IMG/VR virus record: IMGVR_UViG_3300031994_000057
Coordinates: 22,941-86,940 of that record
Direction: 5' to 3' (one strand)
From: a virus
Taxonomy: Duplodnaviria; Caudoviricetes
Length of the DNA stretch: 64,000 bases
Made by a program: the position numbers and the translations under genes. Each line of letters starts with the position of its first letter. Positions within the stretch are counted from its first letter, which is position 1. The notes beneath the pieces were generated by a model. The model was not told the origin of the DNA. It was given only the letters and a program-made list of their open reading frames with translations, and did no database searches. Below, piece by piece: positions 49,310 through 58,444 of this stretch.

Positions 49310-49729
49310 ATGGCTATCGGATGTGTAAGAAATCTCGGAGGTGGAGATTCATCTCCCAATACTACCGTATTAATAGATGGTTCTACCGTTAATTGTGAAT
49401 TGGTAGCCACAAGCGGACATTCCTTTTCTATAGACACTACTAATGAAAGGGTAAGAGTTACCAGAACTGCAAGTTCAATATCATCATCTAGTGGTGTTTT
49501 TGTTTATTCGTTTGATATTACAAATTATAGCACTGCGTTAATTCAGGCAACGAATAATCAACGTGTTTTAACATTACAAATCGGTAATAAATCTGTTTAC
49601 TTACCTAGTGGCACTAAAGCTACAGCTAACTTAGATGTATCAGATTTAACTGGATATGTTGATATACGTTTGTATATTTATGGTGATCCTGGTAATGCTG
49701 ATATCTATAAATTTTGGCTAGAAAAATAA
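49310..49729 (+). CDS. small beta-sandwich receptor-binding-like protein (MAIG..RN.GGG)
   Basis: LDVSDLTG ending typical of fibre-tip domains. Confidence 0.6.
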   Translation: MAIGCVRNLGGGDSSPNTTVLIDGSTVNCELVATSGHSFSIDTTNERVRVTRTASSISSSSGVFVYSFDITNYSTALIQATNNQRVLTLQIGNKSVYLPSGTKATANLDVSDLTGYVDIRLYIYGDPGNADIYKFWLEK

Positions 49730-49749
49730 TAAATATATGAGGTGATAAT

Positions 49750-49794
49750 ATGTTTAGATTATTTAATACGATCGGGGGGGGGGCAATAGTTTAA
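49750..49794 (+). pseudogene. 14-codon remnant MFRLFNTIGGGAIV containing a G10 tract
   Basis: GAGGTG RBS; GGG motif as in the neighbouring genes; G10 at 49774-49783. Confidence 0.35.
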
Positions 49795-49845
49795 ACATAT
49801 TGGCCTCTTTCTTCAATAATTCTCTTTTAAAGGAGGATTATTGAT

Positions 49846-50262
49846 ATGGCTATTGGAATTATAAGAAATATAGGTGGTGGAGAAACCACTGTTAAATTTT
49901 CTGTTGTTTCAAAATGGGCAGACGCGACATGGAATATATCGGATGGTGTATTAAGCTTTGCAAGACAAGGCCAATATGGTCAGACGACAGGTGGCTATCC
50001 TATTGGTGGAGCAACGGAAGTAATAAAATTTAATTGTAATAAAGCTTGTAGAATTATTATAGGTGATACAAGTGGAGCGTCATCACAATATTATCATTAT
50101 AATATATATTTAGGAGATACCTTAAAAGGTTCAACTACTCGTCAATCACCTGTAAATTATAGTATAGATTTAGATGCTGCTGGTGTAGTGGCAATAACTA
50201 TTTATAATGATGGATTAAGTAACGGTAGCACGAATTTACAAGGACAAGCAATTCCATTATAA
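49846..50262 (+). CDS. small beta-sandwich receptor-binding-like protein (MAIG..RN.GGG)
   Basis: N-terminus paralogous to 49310-49729. Confidence 0.6.
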   Translation: MAIGIIRNIGGGETTVKFSVVSKWADATWNISDGVLSFARQGQYGQTTGGYPIGGATEVIKFNCNKACRIIIGDTSGASSQYYHYNIYLGDTLKGSTTRQSPVNYSIDLDAAGVVAITIYNDGLSNGSTNLQGQAIPL

Positions 50263-50290
50263 TTATTAAAGTAAAAAGGAGATTAAGACT

Positions 50291-51190
50291 ATGTCTCGAG
50301 GAATAAAATTAGGCGCCTCCGGATTAACCGGGGGGGGGGGAAGTTATGACCCCAATGGTAGATTTATCTGTAATACAGATAATTTACAAGTAGGAGATAT
50401 TATTAGAGTAAGATCTCTTATAGATAGTGAAGTATATGATGCAGAAGTAGAAACTATAGGAGATCCTATAATATTTGATGTACCTGGTAAAGGTTATTAT
50501 AAAGTATGCTTAGTACAAGATATAGAAGATACTCCTACTGAAATAGGTGGTATAAAGACTACATTAGATGTAGGCCAGGGATACTATGTAAATGTACTTA
50601 ACAAGACTACATTAGGCGGTATACAAGGTATTCTCAATGCACATCAAGAGGCGGAATTACTTACTATTGGACATTCAATCACTATCAAATTAGGTGGAAA
50701 TGATTGGATAATGGAAATAGGCCATATTGATGGAGTAAATCATATAGTTGATTTTGTGTCAAGATATGCGTCTGACACCGAATATCCGTCAAATGCAAAT
50801 TATGAGAATAGAACAGCCTTACAAAGTTACTTAACAAGTTTTTATAATAGTATGACTTCGGATGATAGACAGTATATAAAAGAAAAAACTTGTACGTATT
50901 TTGTTGATTCCAATGTTATAAAAAGTATAACACAGAAAGTTTGGATTCCATCAAGAAATGAAGTCTTAGGAAATTTACAACTAGAAAACAATTATCAATT
51001 AACTATTTTCATGACAGCTTCAAATAGAATAAGAATGGGAACAGATGGCAGAGCCAAATATTGGCAATTAAGTACGAGAAATTCAAAAACAAGTGGTAAT
51101 ACGGATTGTATAAATCAATCAGGAACACATGATAGTACAGCAGCTGATATGAGGACATTACCTTGCTTTAGACTCATCGCAGATGTTTAA
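50291..51190 (+). CDS. putative receptor-binding protein with C-terminal DUF6273 / C-type-lectin-like domain; G11 tract near the start
   Basis: KVWIPSRNEV...RIR...YWQLSTRN...PCFRL pattern; G11 at 50330-50340. Confidence 0.6.
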   Translation: MSRGIKLGASGLTGGGGSYDPNGRFICNTDNLQVGDIIRVRSLIDSEVYDAEVETIGDPIIFDVPGKGYYKVCLVQDIEDTPTEIGGIKTTLDVGQGYYVNVLNKTTLGGIQGILNAHQEAELLTIGHSITIKLGGNDWIMEIGHIDGVNHIVDFVSRYASDTEYPSNANYENRTALQSYLTSFYNSMTSDDRQYIKEKTCTYFVDSNVIKSITQKVWIPSRNEVLGNLQLENNYQLTIFMTASNRIRMGTDGRAKYWQLSTRNSKTSGNTDCINQSGTHDSTAADMRTLPCFRLIADV

Positions 51191-51300
51191 AAATTTAACA
51201 CTCTAAGCAAAATTTTAATTTCTTTATACCTTAAAAATAAAACCACAGAGGATTTATTCCTCTGTGGTTATTAGTCTTTTTATATTATTCTACTTTGTTA

Positions 51301-51720
51301 TTAAACTTTTCTATTTCGTCTAATCTCTTTCTTATAAACTTTAGAATATCTTTCCAGTATCTCTATCAATGCCACTTCATTTATTTGTGTTTGACTTAAA
51401 GGATCAGTTATATACCAATCTTTACCCAACAAGTAATCAATCGCAATTTGTCGAAATTCTCTATCAGAAATTTCTTTCTTATCAATTATAAACGATGGAA
51501 TGATACTATACTTCTTTAATATTTTATTAAGGGCTATTACATTCTTTTGTTCAGCACTTAAATTATAATCAATTGATATTTCAGTGTAATATCTTGGACT
51601 TAATAAATAAGCAGAACAGTAACGTCTAAATACATTATCATATATACCTACTGGATATATATTATCTTTATCTTCTCTAGTATCATATAAATAATTTAAA
51701 TAGTCTGTCAAAGTAACCAT
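51301..51720 (-). CDS. hypothetical protein with two internal repeats
   Basis: FR....YLL...Y...LS..Q.N..AL..IL..YS twice. Confidence 0.65.
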   Translation of the reverse strand: MVTLTDYLNYLYDTREDKDNIYPVGIYDNVFRRYCSAYLLSPRYYTEISIDYNLSAEQKNVIALNKILKKYSIIPSFIIDKKEISDREFRQIAIDYLLGKDWYITDPLSQTQINEVALIEILERYSKVYKKEIRRNRKV

Positions 51721-51724
51721 AAAA

Positions 51725-51943
51725 TTACTCCTTACTCTGATGAATTTCATCTATCTTCTTACCAAGATTCTCCATTACATTTTCACTCTCAATAATTATT
51801 CTCTGAGTCTTATCTACTACTCTAATATTCTTTGTATGAAAAGGTACAGGAATCTTATCATTCATATTTGCTTGTGCAACAATATAATCATCAGGTATAT
51901 CTTTTAAAAGTTCTTTTAATTCGCCTACCGATATATTACTCAT
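51725..51943 (-). CDS. hypothetical protein (V.ELKELL family)
   Basis: ORF track. Confidence 0.65.
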   Translation of the reverse strand: MSNISVGELKELLKDIPDDYIVAQANMNDKIPVPFHTKNIRVVDKTQRIIIESENVMENLGKKIDEIHQSKE

Positions 51944-51948
51944 AATAA

Positions 51949-52146
51949 TTACTCCTCATCTTGCTTTATTTCTTTTAGCCAAGTACCAGAATATGCATCT
52001 TCCAACCATGCCCAGTTATGACAAAAATTACAGATAACTTTCTTATCAGTGACTGTTAAATCTGTTTTTAAACATTTGGGACAATGGTCTGTTATAAATA
52101 AATGCTTATATTCTATATTCATATCATTCACTGTCATATTACCCAT
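51949..52146 (-). CDS. Zn-ribbon protein
   Basis: CPKC...CNFC. Confidence 0.65.
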   Translation of the reverse strand: MGNMTVNDMNIEYKHLFITDHCPKCLKTDLTVTDKKVICNFCHNWAWLEDAYSGTWLKEIKQDEE

Positions 52147-52169
52147 AATATTATTTACCTCTTTTTTCT

Positions 52170-52640
52170 TTATAAAACACTTACACGTTTAATAAAATAC
52201 GTAACACCATAATTTCCCCGGTCTGTATCAATATAGAAAAATGTATTAGATTCTTCATCGAATTTTTCCGATTCATCACCAAACAATTCATCGTAAAGAA
52301 TCACCATTGAATCTTTTGTCGATTCAGCCCATGGTCTTGCAAAGGTATCAATAGCAAGTTTAAGATGCCTTTTGATAGCCTCTAATGCTTCATCTGGACT
52401 TTCAAAAAGCATATAATCATCATTAAGACCCATATATGGTTCAAAATAAAAATCGCCATCTGCATTAATCTTAAAATACGCAAGATAATAAACTTTATTA
52501 CTTTCCTGTTTAGCTGTATTATATCCTCTACGATATCCTATATGCTTACCACCAAAATAGCATACAAAATATCCTATTGCACTGATCATAATAAATCCAA
52601 TAAACATAAATACTACAGCAGTTATAGGCATACTATTCAT
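52170..52640 (-). CDS. membrane-anchored hypothetical protein
   Basis: N-terminal TM helix. Confidence 0.65.
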   Translation of the reverse strand: MNSMPITAVVFMFIGFIMISAIGYFVCYFGGKHIGYRRGYNTAKQESNKVYYLAYFKINADGDFYFEPYMGLNDDYMLFESPDEALEAIKRHLKLAIDTFARPWAESTKDSMVILYDELFGDESEKFDEESNTFFYIDTDRGNYGVTYFIKRVSVL

Positions 52641-52644
52641 AATA

Positions 52645-53013
52645 TTATCTACCTCTTTTTTCTTTTTCTAAGTTTATATATGTACCGCATGGTTCACTAG
52701 AACTATGTAATTCTTTCTTCTTTACTCTACAATTACCCCAGGAAGATCCATTCTCTCCAGGATCATAATAAACACATATTCCGCAACATGCTTCTTCTTC
52801 AGTATCAGATTCCTCATACTCAAATCCGATTAATTCTGCTATTCCTATATGGGTATCTGTCTCATGTTTAGTATAAGCAAATTCAGTTGTAGAATTATTA
52901 GTCCCTTTCTTCATTTCTATACATACATTTAATATTTTACTTGCTGGTTTAGGACTTCTACTTCCATTACTAAATACCTCTCCACAGAGATTACATCTAT
53001 ATTTCGCTAACAT
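52645..53013 (-). CDS. Cys-rich hypothetical protein
   Basis: CNLC; CGIC...C...C. Confidence 0.65.
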   Translation of the reverse strand: MLAKYRCNLCGEVFSNGSRSPKPASKILNVCIEMKKGTNNSTTEFAYTKHETDTHIGIAELIGFEYEESDTEEEACCGICVYYDPGENGSSWGNCRVKKKELHSSSEPCGTYINLEKEKRGR

Positions 53014-53051
53014 AATATCTCCTTTCGTTTAAATATAAAGTGAGGGGTTTA

Positions 53052-53564
53052 TTACCCCTCACTATTATCTGCTTTCATCTTTTTGGATATTAATCCAATT
53101 TCATAGTTTATTACAAGTTGTTCTAGACTATAGTTCATACTATCGATTTCTATATATGGTAATCCACAACTCTTTAGATCATTGATATTCTCTTCATAAC
53201 ATTGTAAAGCATTCTTCCATGCTCTATAATCTTTATCAGAGTTAGTTACTTTATATCTATTCTCTAATTTGTTTACCCATTCCTCTTTAAGAGATAATGA
53301 AGGGAATACCATTACTACATTCTCTGTAGTATCTTTTAATAAATCTCTTACTTCTTTATGGGAAGATACAAATACGATATTATTCTGCTTAGATAAGTCT
53401 ATAGCAACATTAACATAGTACACATACCAGTCATCTGGTCTAATGCCATTCTTACCTCTAAATGTACTACTCTCTAAATCTATGAATTTAAAAGATATAT
53501 TCTTATTATTACATAGGGTAGATTTACCTATACCCTGATATCCAACAACGATGATGATAATCAC
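53052..53564 (-). CDS. P-loop NTPase / kinase-like protein
   Basis: GYQGIGKST, FIDLESS. Confidence 0.7.
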   Translation of the reverse strand: MIIIIVVGYQGIGKSTLCNNKNISFKFIDLESSTFRGKNGIRPDDWYVYYVNVAIDLSKQNNIVFVSSHKEVRDLLKDTTENVVMVFPSLSLKEEWVNKLENRYKVTNSDKDYRAWKNALQCYEENINDLKSCGLPYIEIDSMNYSLEQLVINYEIGLISKKMKADNSEG

Positions 53565-53599
53565 CTCCTATCTTATATTATAAGAATGTGATAATGATA

Positions 53600-54070
53600 T
53601 TATAATCCTAATTCTTCTGCTTTGTACTTAGCCCACCAATCTGTAGCAATTTTATTTAATTCTTCATCAGTATAATCGGTCTTATTAGGTTGAAGTGGAA
53701 ACTCTACTTTAAAGATGTAATATGAGTAATGATCACCTTTATATAGATTTGCCACAGGCTTCTTTTCTACACTCAATTCAGAAGGTTGATCATAATAATC
53801 TATATACATACCTTTACTGACAATAGAATATTTATAATGCTCATTAGGTTTAACAATAAAATTCAATACAGGATATATAGTAAAATCATCAGTAATTTTT
53901 ATGTTATCATCATCTATATCCCACTCTTCAACTTCACATACACCAATAAATCTACGATCATCTTTATTAGCAGTTATTGCATAAGCGTAAGCCTTCTTTT
54001 TATCGGTAAATACTTTCTCTATATGGTAATCAGAATATGTACCAGCGGTTACAATATATACTTTACTCAT
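53600..54070 (-). CDS. hypothetical phage protein (KVYIVT.G.YSDY family)
   Basis: ORF track. Confidence 0.7.
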   Translation of the reverse strand: MSKVYIVTAGTYSDYHIEKVFTDKKKAYAYAITANKDDRRFIGVCEVEEWDIDDDNIKITDDFTIYPVLNFIVKPNEHYKYSIVSKGMYIDYYDQPSELSVEKKPVANLYKGDHYSYYIFKVEFPLQPNKTDYTDEELNKIATDWWAKYKAEELGL

Positions 54071-54626
54071 CGTCAGACCCCCTAATTACGTCAATCTGAC
54101 ACGACCTCATTACGTTTAAGGCGTTTTCGTGCCTTTCGGGTGTTGTTCCAGCGCAAAGGTCTTCTAAGACCTTAATTTCGAGTTCTGGACAATATGCCTT
54201 GATTAATAGAGCATTACTGATTACACAGATATCTGTACATACACCACAAAGATATACCGTTGTAAATAATTCGTGCTCGTAATAAATTCTGATAACCTGA
54301 GCCAATTCAATACTACCAAAAGTATATTTACAAATATCAGCACGATGAGCATTATTATCATTCATAGCTTTTCTAATCTCATCATTTAATTTATGACCTT
54401 CAGTGCCATCCATACAATGAGGTACAGGAAGTTTCTTACCTTCTTGGGTATATGAATAATCATCAAAATGAGTATCTCTAGTTGCGTAAACATGGGTGAA
54501 CTCATTCTTATTAATATAATCTACTATCTTAGGAACAATAGCCTGAGCTTCAGGTGTTCCTAAAGGGCCTGTAATAAAGTCATTCTGCATATCTATAATG
54601 ACTAGCATCTTATTTACTTCTATCAT
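54063..54626 (-). CDS. pncA: nicotinamidase / isochorismatase-family cysteine hydrolase
   Basis: VIIDMQNDF, TRDTH, PHC..GT.G, K.TFGS, GVCTDICV. Confidence 0.85.
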   Translation of the reverse strand: MIEVNKMLVIIDMQNDFITGPLGTPEAQAIVPKIVDYINKNEFTHVYATRDTHFDDYSYTQEGKKLPVPHCMDGTEGHKLNDEIRKAMNDNNAHRADICKYTFGSIELAQVIRIYYEHELFTTVYLCGVCTDICVISNALLIKAYCPELEIKVLEDLCAGTTPERHENALNVMRSCQIDVIRGSDDE

Positions 54627-54637
54627 CTTAATACCTC

Positions 54638-54868
54638 CTACTTACTCACCTTCTTTTGACTTTCTACCATATTATTTACGAATATCTCGCTAAAACTATT
54701 GAGACATTCTTCGGATACATTAGAGGCTATGAATTCCATCACATTCATTACTCCATACTCGAAATACTCACTGGTTTCATGACTAGCATCATATACACCT
54801 TTGAATATTCCTACATCGGAATTTATGATATCGTCATACACTATCTTGTATGCTTCTGATTTATCCAT
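54638..54868 (-). CDS. hypothetical protein
   Basis: AGGAGG RBS. Confidence 0.65.
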   Translation of the reverse strand: MDKSEAYKIVYDDIINSDVGIFKGVYDASHETSEYFEYGVMNVMEFIASNVSEECLNSFSEIFVNNMVESQKKVSK

Positions 54869-54878
54869 ACTATACCTC

Positions 54879-55364
54879 CTAATATCTGTAAGTTACATTA
54901 GGCTGTACTGCTCCAACTATATAAGTTGCACCACAGTACTTGCAGTGAAAGATACCTTTATCTATGTCTATCTCTAATTTAGCTCCACAATCTCTACAAC
55001 TATGAACGTAACCTACAGTTCTATTTACTTTATCTGTAAGAGTATTAATTAAATCTTGCATATGATTTATCATCATATCTTTATTATATAACTGAGATTC
55101 AAGAGTTGATAATCTATCTTTAGTGGATTCTTTATAACGGTTAGCTTCAGCATTACCTTTAATGAAGTATAACTCACCATTGTACATAGCAACTGTTTCT
55201 TCTTCATTAAGATATTGAATATTAAGAGTATTAAGCTCTGTATCTATATCATATATAGTATCAACAGTTTTTATACCATGTGCTCCTGTACCAACGTCTT
55301 TAAAATATGAGTGACTATCACCGATAGTTGATGAATGTATATTTGAAGCATTAATATAAGCCAT
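54879..55364 (-). CDS. coiled-coil protein with C-terminal Zn ribbon
   Basis: CRDCGA...HCKYCG. Confidence 0.7.
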   Translation of the reverse strand: MAYINASNIHSSTIGDSHSYFKDVGTGAHGIKTVDTIYDIDTELNTLNIQYLNEEETVAMYNGELYFIKGNAEANRYKESTKDRLSTLESQLYNKDMMINHMQDLINTLTDKVNRTVGYVHSCRDCGAKLEIDIDKGIFHCKYCGATYIVGAVQPNVTYRY

Positions 55365-55380
55365 AAAATAATACCTCCTA

Positions 55381-55542
55381 TTATCTTTTCTTTATTAAGT
55401 TTTTAATTTTATCAATATTTAATTTTGGTTTATTATTTAGAGGACAATCATCCTCTCTAACACTATTACAGGATATATGCATTTTACTGCATATATCCCA
55501 ACCATTAACTCGTTCAATGTATCTACAATTCTTTTTCTTCAT
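55381..55542 (-). CDS. small Cys-rich protein (53 aa)
   Basis: Start MKKKNCRY overlaps the upstream stop. Confidence 0.55.
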   Translation of the reverse strand: MKKKNCRYIERVNGWDICSKMHISCNSVREDDCPLNNKPKLNIDKIKNLIKKR

Positions 55543-55816
55543 TACTCTCACCTTCATAAGGTAATTTATCATATCCATCAGGATTAGGATTCTTATCATA
55601 TAATACTTCAGTAGTATATGAAGTGGCATCATCTATTCTTTGATGCGTACTACACATAAATCCTAATGCATTATGGTCTTCGTATTTACATTCTAGAACA
55701 CCTGCAGAGATTACATTCATTATAGGATAATCATCACTACCTAATCCATTAACGATAACTATTTCAAAGTCATCATCAACTTTGTTAAGAAGTTCTTTTA
55801 ATTCTTTTACTGTCAT
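55523..55816 (-). CDS. hypothetical protein (MTVKELKELL family)
   Basis: GGAAGGAG RBS. Confidence 0.65.
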   Translation of the reverse strand: MTVKELKELLNKVDDDFEIVIVNGLGSDDYPIMNVISAGVLECKYEDHNALGFMCSTHQRIDDATSYTTEVLYDKNPNPDGYDKLPYEGESNEEKEL

Positions 55817-55853
55817 TCTTGTTCTCCTTCCAATGTGTATATTAGTACAAAGA

Positions 55854-56195
55854 TTACCAATCCTCGCTGACCATAATATCGATGCATTTTTCTCCGTCTT
55901 CAGTTTCAAATCTATTGTAACCAAGGACAAGTGTTTCTTCGTTGTAACAATCGCCATCGAGTGATCTTAACACGCCGTCAATCCATGAAAACTGACCAGC
56001 GAATCCACAAACTCCAAGTTTGTCATCAATTTTGATTGGTGTGACAACATGGACTTGTACTATGTCAAAGTTTTCATTAGCGAATAACTTATTGAACTTT
56101 TCAGGTTCATCAACAATTTCGAAATCAGCGTAGCGCTCTGTTGATTTCAGATATGTACGCATTTCTTCGTTCAGAGCTTTGTCAGAATGTCCCAT
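55854..56195 (-). CDS. hypothetical protein
   Basis: AAGGAG RBS before MGHSDK. Confidence 0.65.
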   Translation of the reverse strand: MGHSDKALNEEMRTYLKSTERYADFEIVDEPEKFNKLFANENFDIVQVHVVTPIKIDDKLGVCGFAGQFSWIDGVLRSLDGDCYNEETLVLGYNRFETEDGEKCIDIMVSEDW

Positions 56196-56196
56196 G

Positions 56197-56475
56197 TTAT
56201 TCTTCTCCTTTCGACTCTTCTTCATTAATAACATCAAAAATTATATTTAATTCTCCACCATGGCTATCACAATATTCTTTATAGGCCTTCTCATAATTCT
56301 CATATATCTCTTTATCTTCATCTGGAACTGTAAATTCACCATGAGGACATTTACTACAAAACATACAGTGATATCCTTCACCTATTTCACATTCAGGATA
56401 TTTTTCATATAAAGGATTTTTAGGTGGATCATAAGATGTACCATCGGGAAAATGAGGATTAACGATTCGAATCAT
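56197..56475 (-). CDS. Cys-rich hypothetical protein
   Basis: C.I...HCMFCSKCP. Confidence 0.65.
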   Translation of the reverse strand: MIRIVNPHFPDGTSYDPPKNPLYEKYPECEIGEGYHCMFCSKCPHGEFTVPDEDKEIYENYEKAYKEYCDSHGGELNIIFDVINEEESKGEE

Positions 56476-56544
56476 TTGTTCCTCCTTCCAAATCGCTCAT
56501 ATGATATATGACTCCAAATCAGTTCTTCAAATTCTTCTTCATCA

Positions 56545-56658
56545 TCAAATACCTGTCCAATTTTCGTGAATATCGCTACCGCTTTCCATACATGTTCTGC
56601 AAGGGTTATCACCCCACCGTCTATTTTGATAAATACAATTAGCACAAGATTTAGCCAT
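56545..56658 (-). CDS. 37-aa Cys-rich protein MAKSCANCIY...CRTC
   Basis: GGAGGAG RBS; different frame from the track ORF 56472..56687. Confidence 0.5.
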   Translation of the reverse strand: MAKSCANCIYQNRRWGDNPCRTCMESGSDIHENWTGI

Positions 56659-56860
56659 TGTTTTCTCCTCCCATATATGTACCACACTTAGGACAATATT
56701 TTGTTTGCTCTGTCTTGTTCCAATGTCCTGTCTTTTGTCCTTCTAATGATTTTATACCAATATCAAAAGCTTTAATATCTTTATCAAGAAGATTCGATGG
56801 TGAATCTATAAGTCTCTTTCGATACAGTTTTAATATTTCTATTGCTTCTTTATTATCCAT
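56651..56860 (-). CDS. hypothetical phage protein (EAI.ILK...GHW...CPKCG)
   Basis: First gene after the early-type promoter at ~56905-56925. Confidence 0.65.
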   Translation of the reverse strand: MDNKEAIEILKLYRKRLIDSPSNLLDKDIKAFDIGIKSLEGQKTGHWNKTEQTKYCPKCGTYMGGENNG

Positions 56861-56968
56861 TATAATAATACCTCCTATATAAATTAATTATCTGTCTGAT
56901 ACATTATTATAATTTATTATTGAAACAAAATTTACCCCTAGACTTTTTTGTAGTCTAGGGGTATTTTA

Positions 56969-58384
56969 TTAATCGTATATTTCGTGTAGTTTTCTTTCTT
57001 CATCATCAAGTACATCATCTTTCTCTTTCTCTCGTCCAATACGATTATGTTTAAGATTCTCTGTACTAATGATTACTTCATTTACATACTGTTTATCAGC
57101 ATATATAGCAATGTCTATAGTCTCATCCTGTCTCATAGGGAATGGTAATAGTAACTGGAAATTCTCATAGTTCATCTCACAGTCCATTCTCTTTGCTACA
57201 TCTTCACTTCTATATACTCTTATATCTACAAATGATTCTGGAGATATCATATGATGTAATGAATATTCAACAGCTTTATTGAAATTACCATCACCTTTAA
57301 ATATAGGTGATAAGTCTATTACCTGTTCACCTTCATCACAACAGTAACTAGTTACAGCTACCTGTGTCCAATTCTTCTCATTTTGAGGAGGTATTTCAAA
57401 GTTGTTAATACTATAAACTCCTATAGTTTTTCCATTGTGTTCATTTACACCTATCTTGTATACTAAAGGTTCTTGACAGAAGTATACAAAGAAATGAGGT
57501 ATAGGCATCTCTAATGTGCAGTTCATTTCTACATGGAAGTTAGTATCGAGTTTACCTTCTCTATCCCCATCATCTATCTGTAGTTTATCTACATTAGATA
57601 TATGAACGTACATATTATTCGCTCTTACAAAGAATTCAGGTTTCTGATTGATAGCTCTCATTTTGAATATGATAGGTAAATCTGAATATTTATTAAGATA
57701 TGCTATGAATTCCAATATATCTACAATATTACCATCTTTATCTACATCAAAATGAGCTGCCTTAGCAACATTAGTCATTATATCGTAAGGTATATGAAAA
57801 TCTGCATTGAGATAATCTCTCATTGTAGAGCCTACTCTAAACCAGAGTTCCATCTTATTCATTACATCAAGCTGTTCTGAACGAGAGTTTACTCTAACTT
57901 TAAAAGCAAAGTTCATTCTCATTGATCTCATCTTCATATAGATGAATGACATTCTATCATAATCTTTGAAGAATGACTGCATAAAGTTAGAAGTTCTCAA
58001 TAACATTGTATGGTCTGCTTGATATAAATCAAGATTCTCTCTATCAAAATCATTCTCCAATGTAGGAACTATTGCTAACATTGGTTTCTCTCTTTTGATA
58101 TTATAATTATTGAATCTCTTCCAATCATCGAGTACATGTTTACCATTTATATGAACCACTTTAAAGAAATCTTTATCAAACTTCTCTAAGAACCAATACT
58201 TCATATATTCAATAGCAAGAGAATATCCGTGTACATATGAAGGCAATACAAGATTTCTATAGAGTTTAGGTTTATAATCAACAAAGTCCCTAGGCAATGC
58301 TGCTCGTTTTTGTTCAGGAGTCATAGCTTCAAATCGTGAGGTTATTATCTCACCATAAGTGACTCTACGTCTTTCTTCAGCCAT
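56969..58384 (-). CDS. conserved jumbo-phage protein, probably virion structural
   Basis: Long ORF with GGAGG RBS; no motif recognised. Confidence 0.6.
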   Translation of the reverse strand: MAEERRRVTYGEIITSRFEAMTPEQKRAALPRDFVDYKPKLYRNLVLPSYVHGYSLAIEYMKYWFLEKFDKDFFKVVHINGKHVLDDWKRFNNYNIKREKPMLAIVPTLENDFDRENLDLYQADHTMLLRTSNFMQSFFKDYDRMSFIYMKMRSMRMNFAFKVRVNSRSEQLDVMNKMELWFRVGSTMRDYLNADFHIPYDIMTNVAKAAHFDVDKDGNIVDILEFIAYLNKYSDLPIIFKMRAINQKPEFFVRANNMYVHISNVDKLQIDDGDREGKLDTNFHVEMNCTLEMPIPHFFVYFCQEPLVYKIGVNEHNGKTIGVYSINNFEIPPQNEKNWTQVAVTSYCCDEGEQVIDLSPIFKGDGNFNKAVEYSLHHMISPESFVDIRVYRSEDVAKRMDCEMNYENFQLLLPFPMRQDETIDIAIYADKQYVNEVIISTENLKHNRIGREKEKDDVLDDEERKLHEIYD

Positions 58385-58444
58385 CTCTCTAATCCTCCAA
58401 TAATTAATAAGAGGTAGAGTGTATAATCACTCTACCTCATTAGA

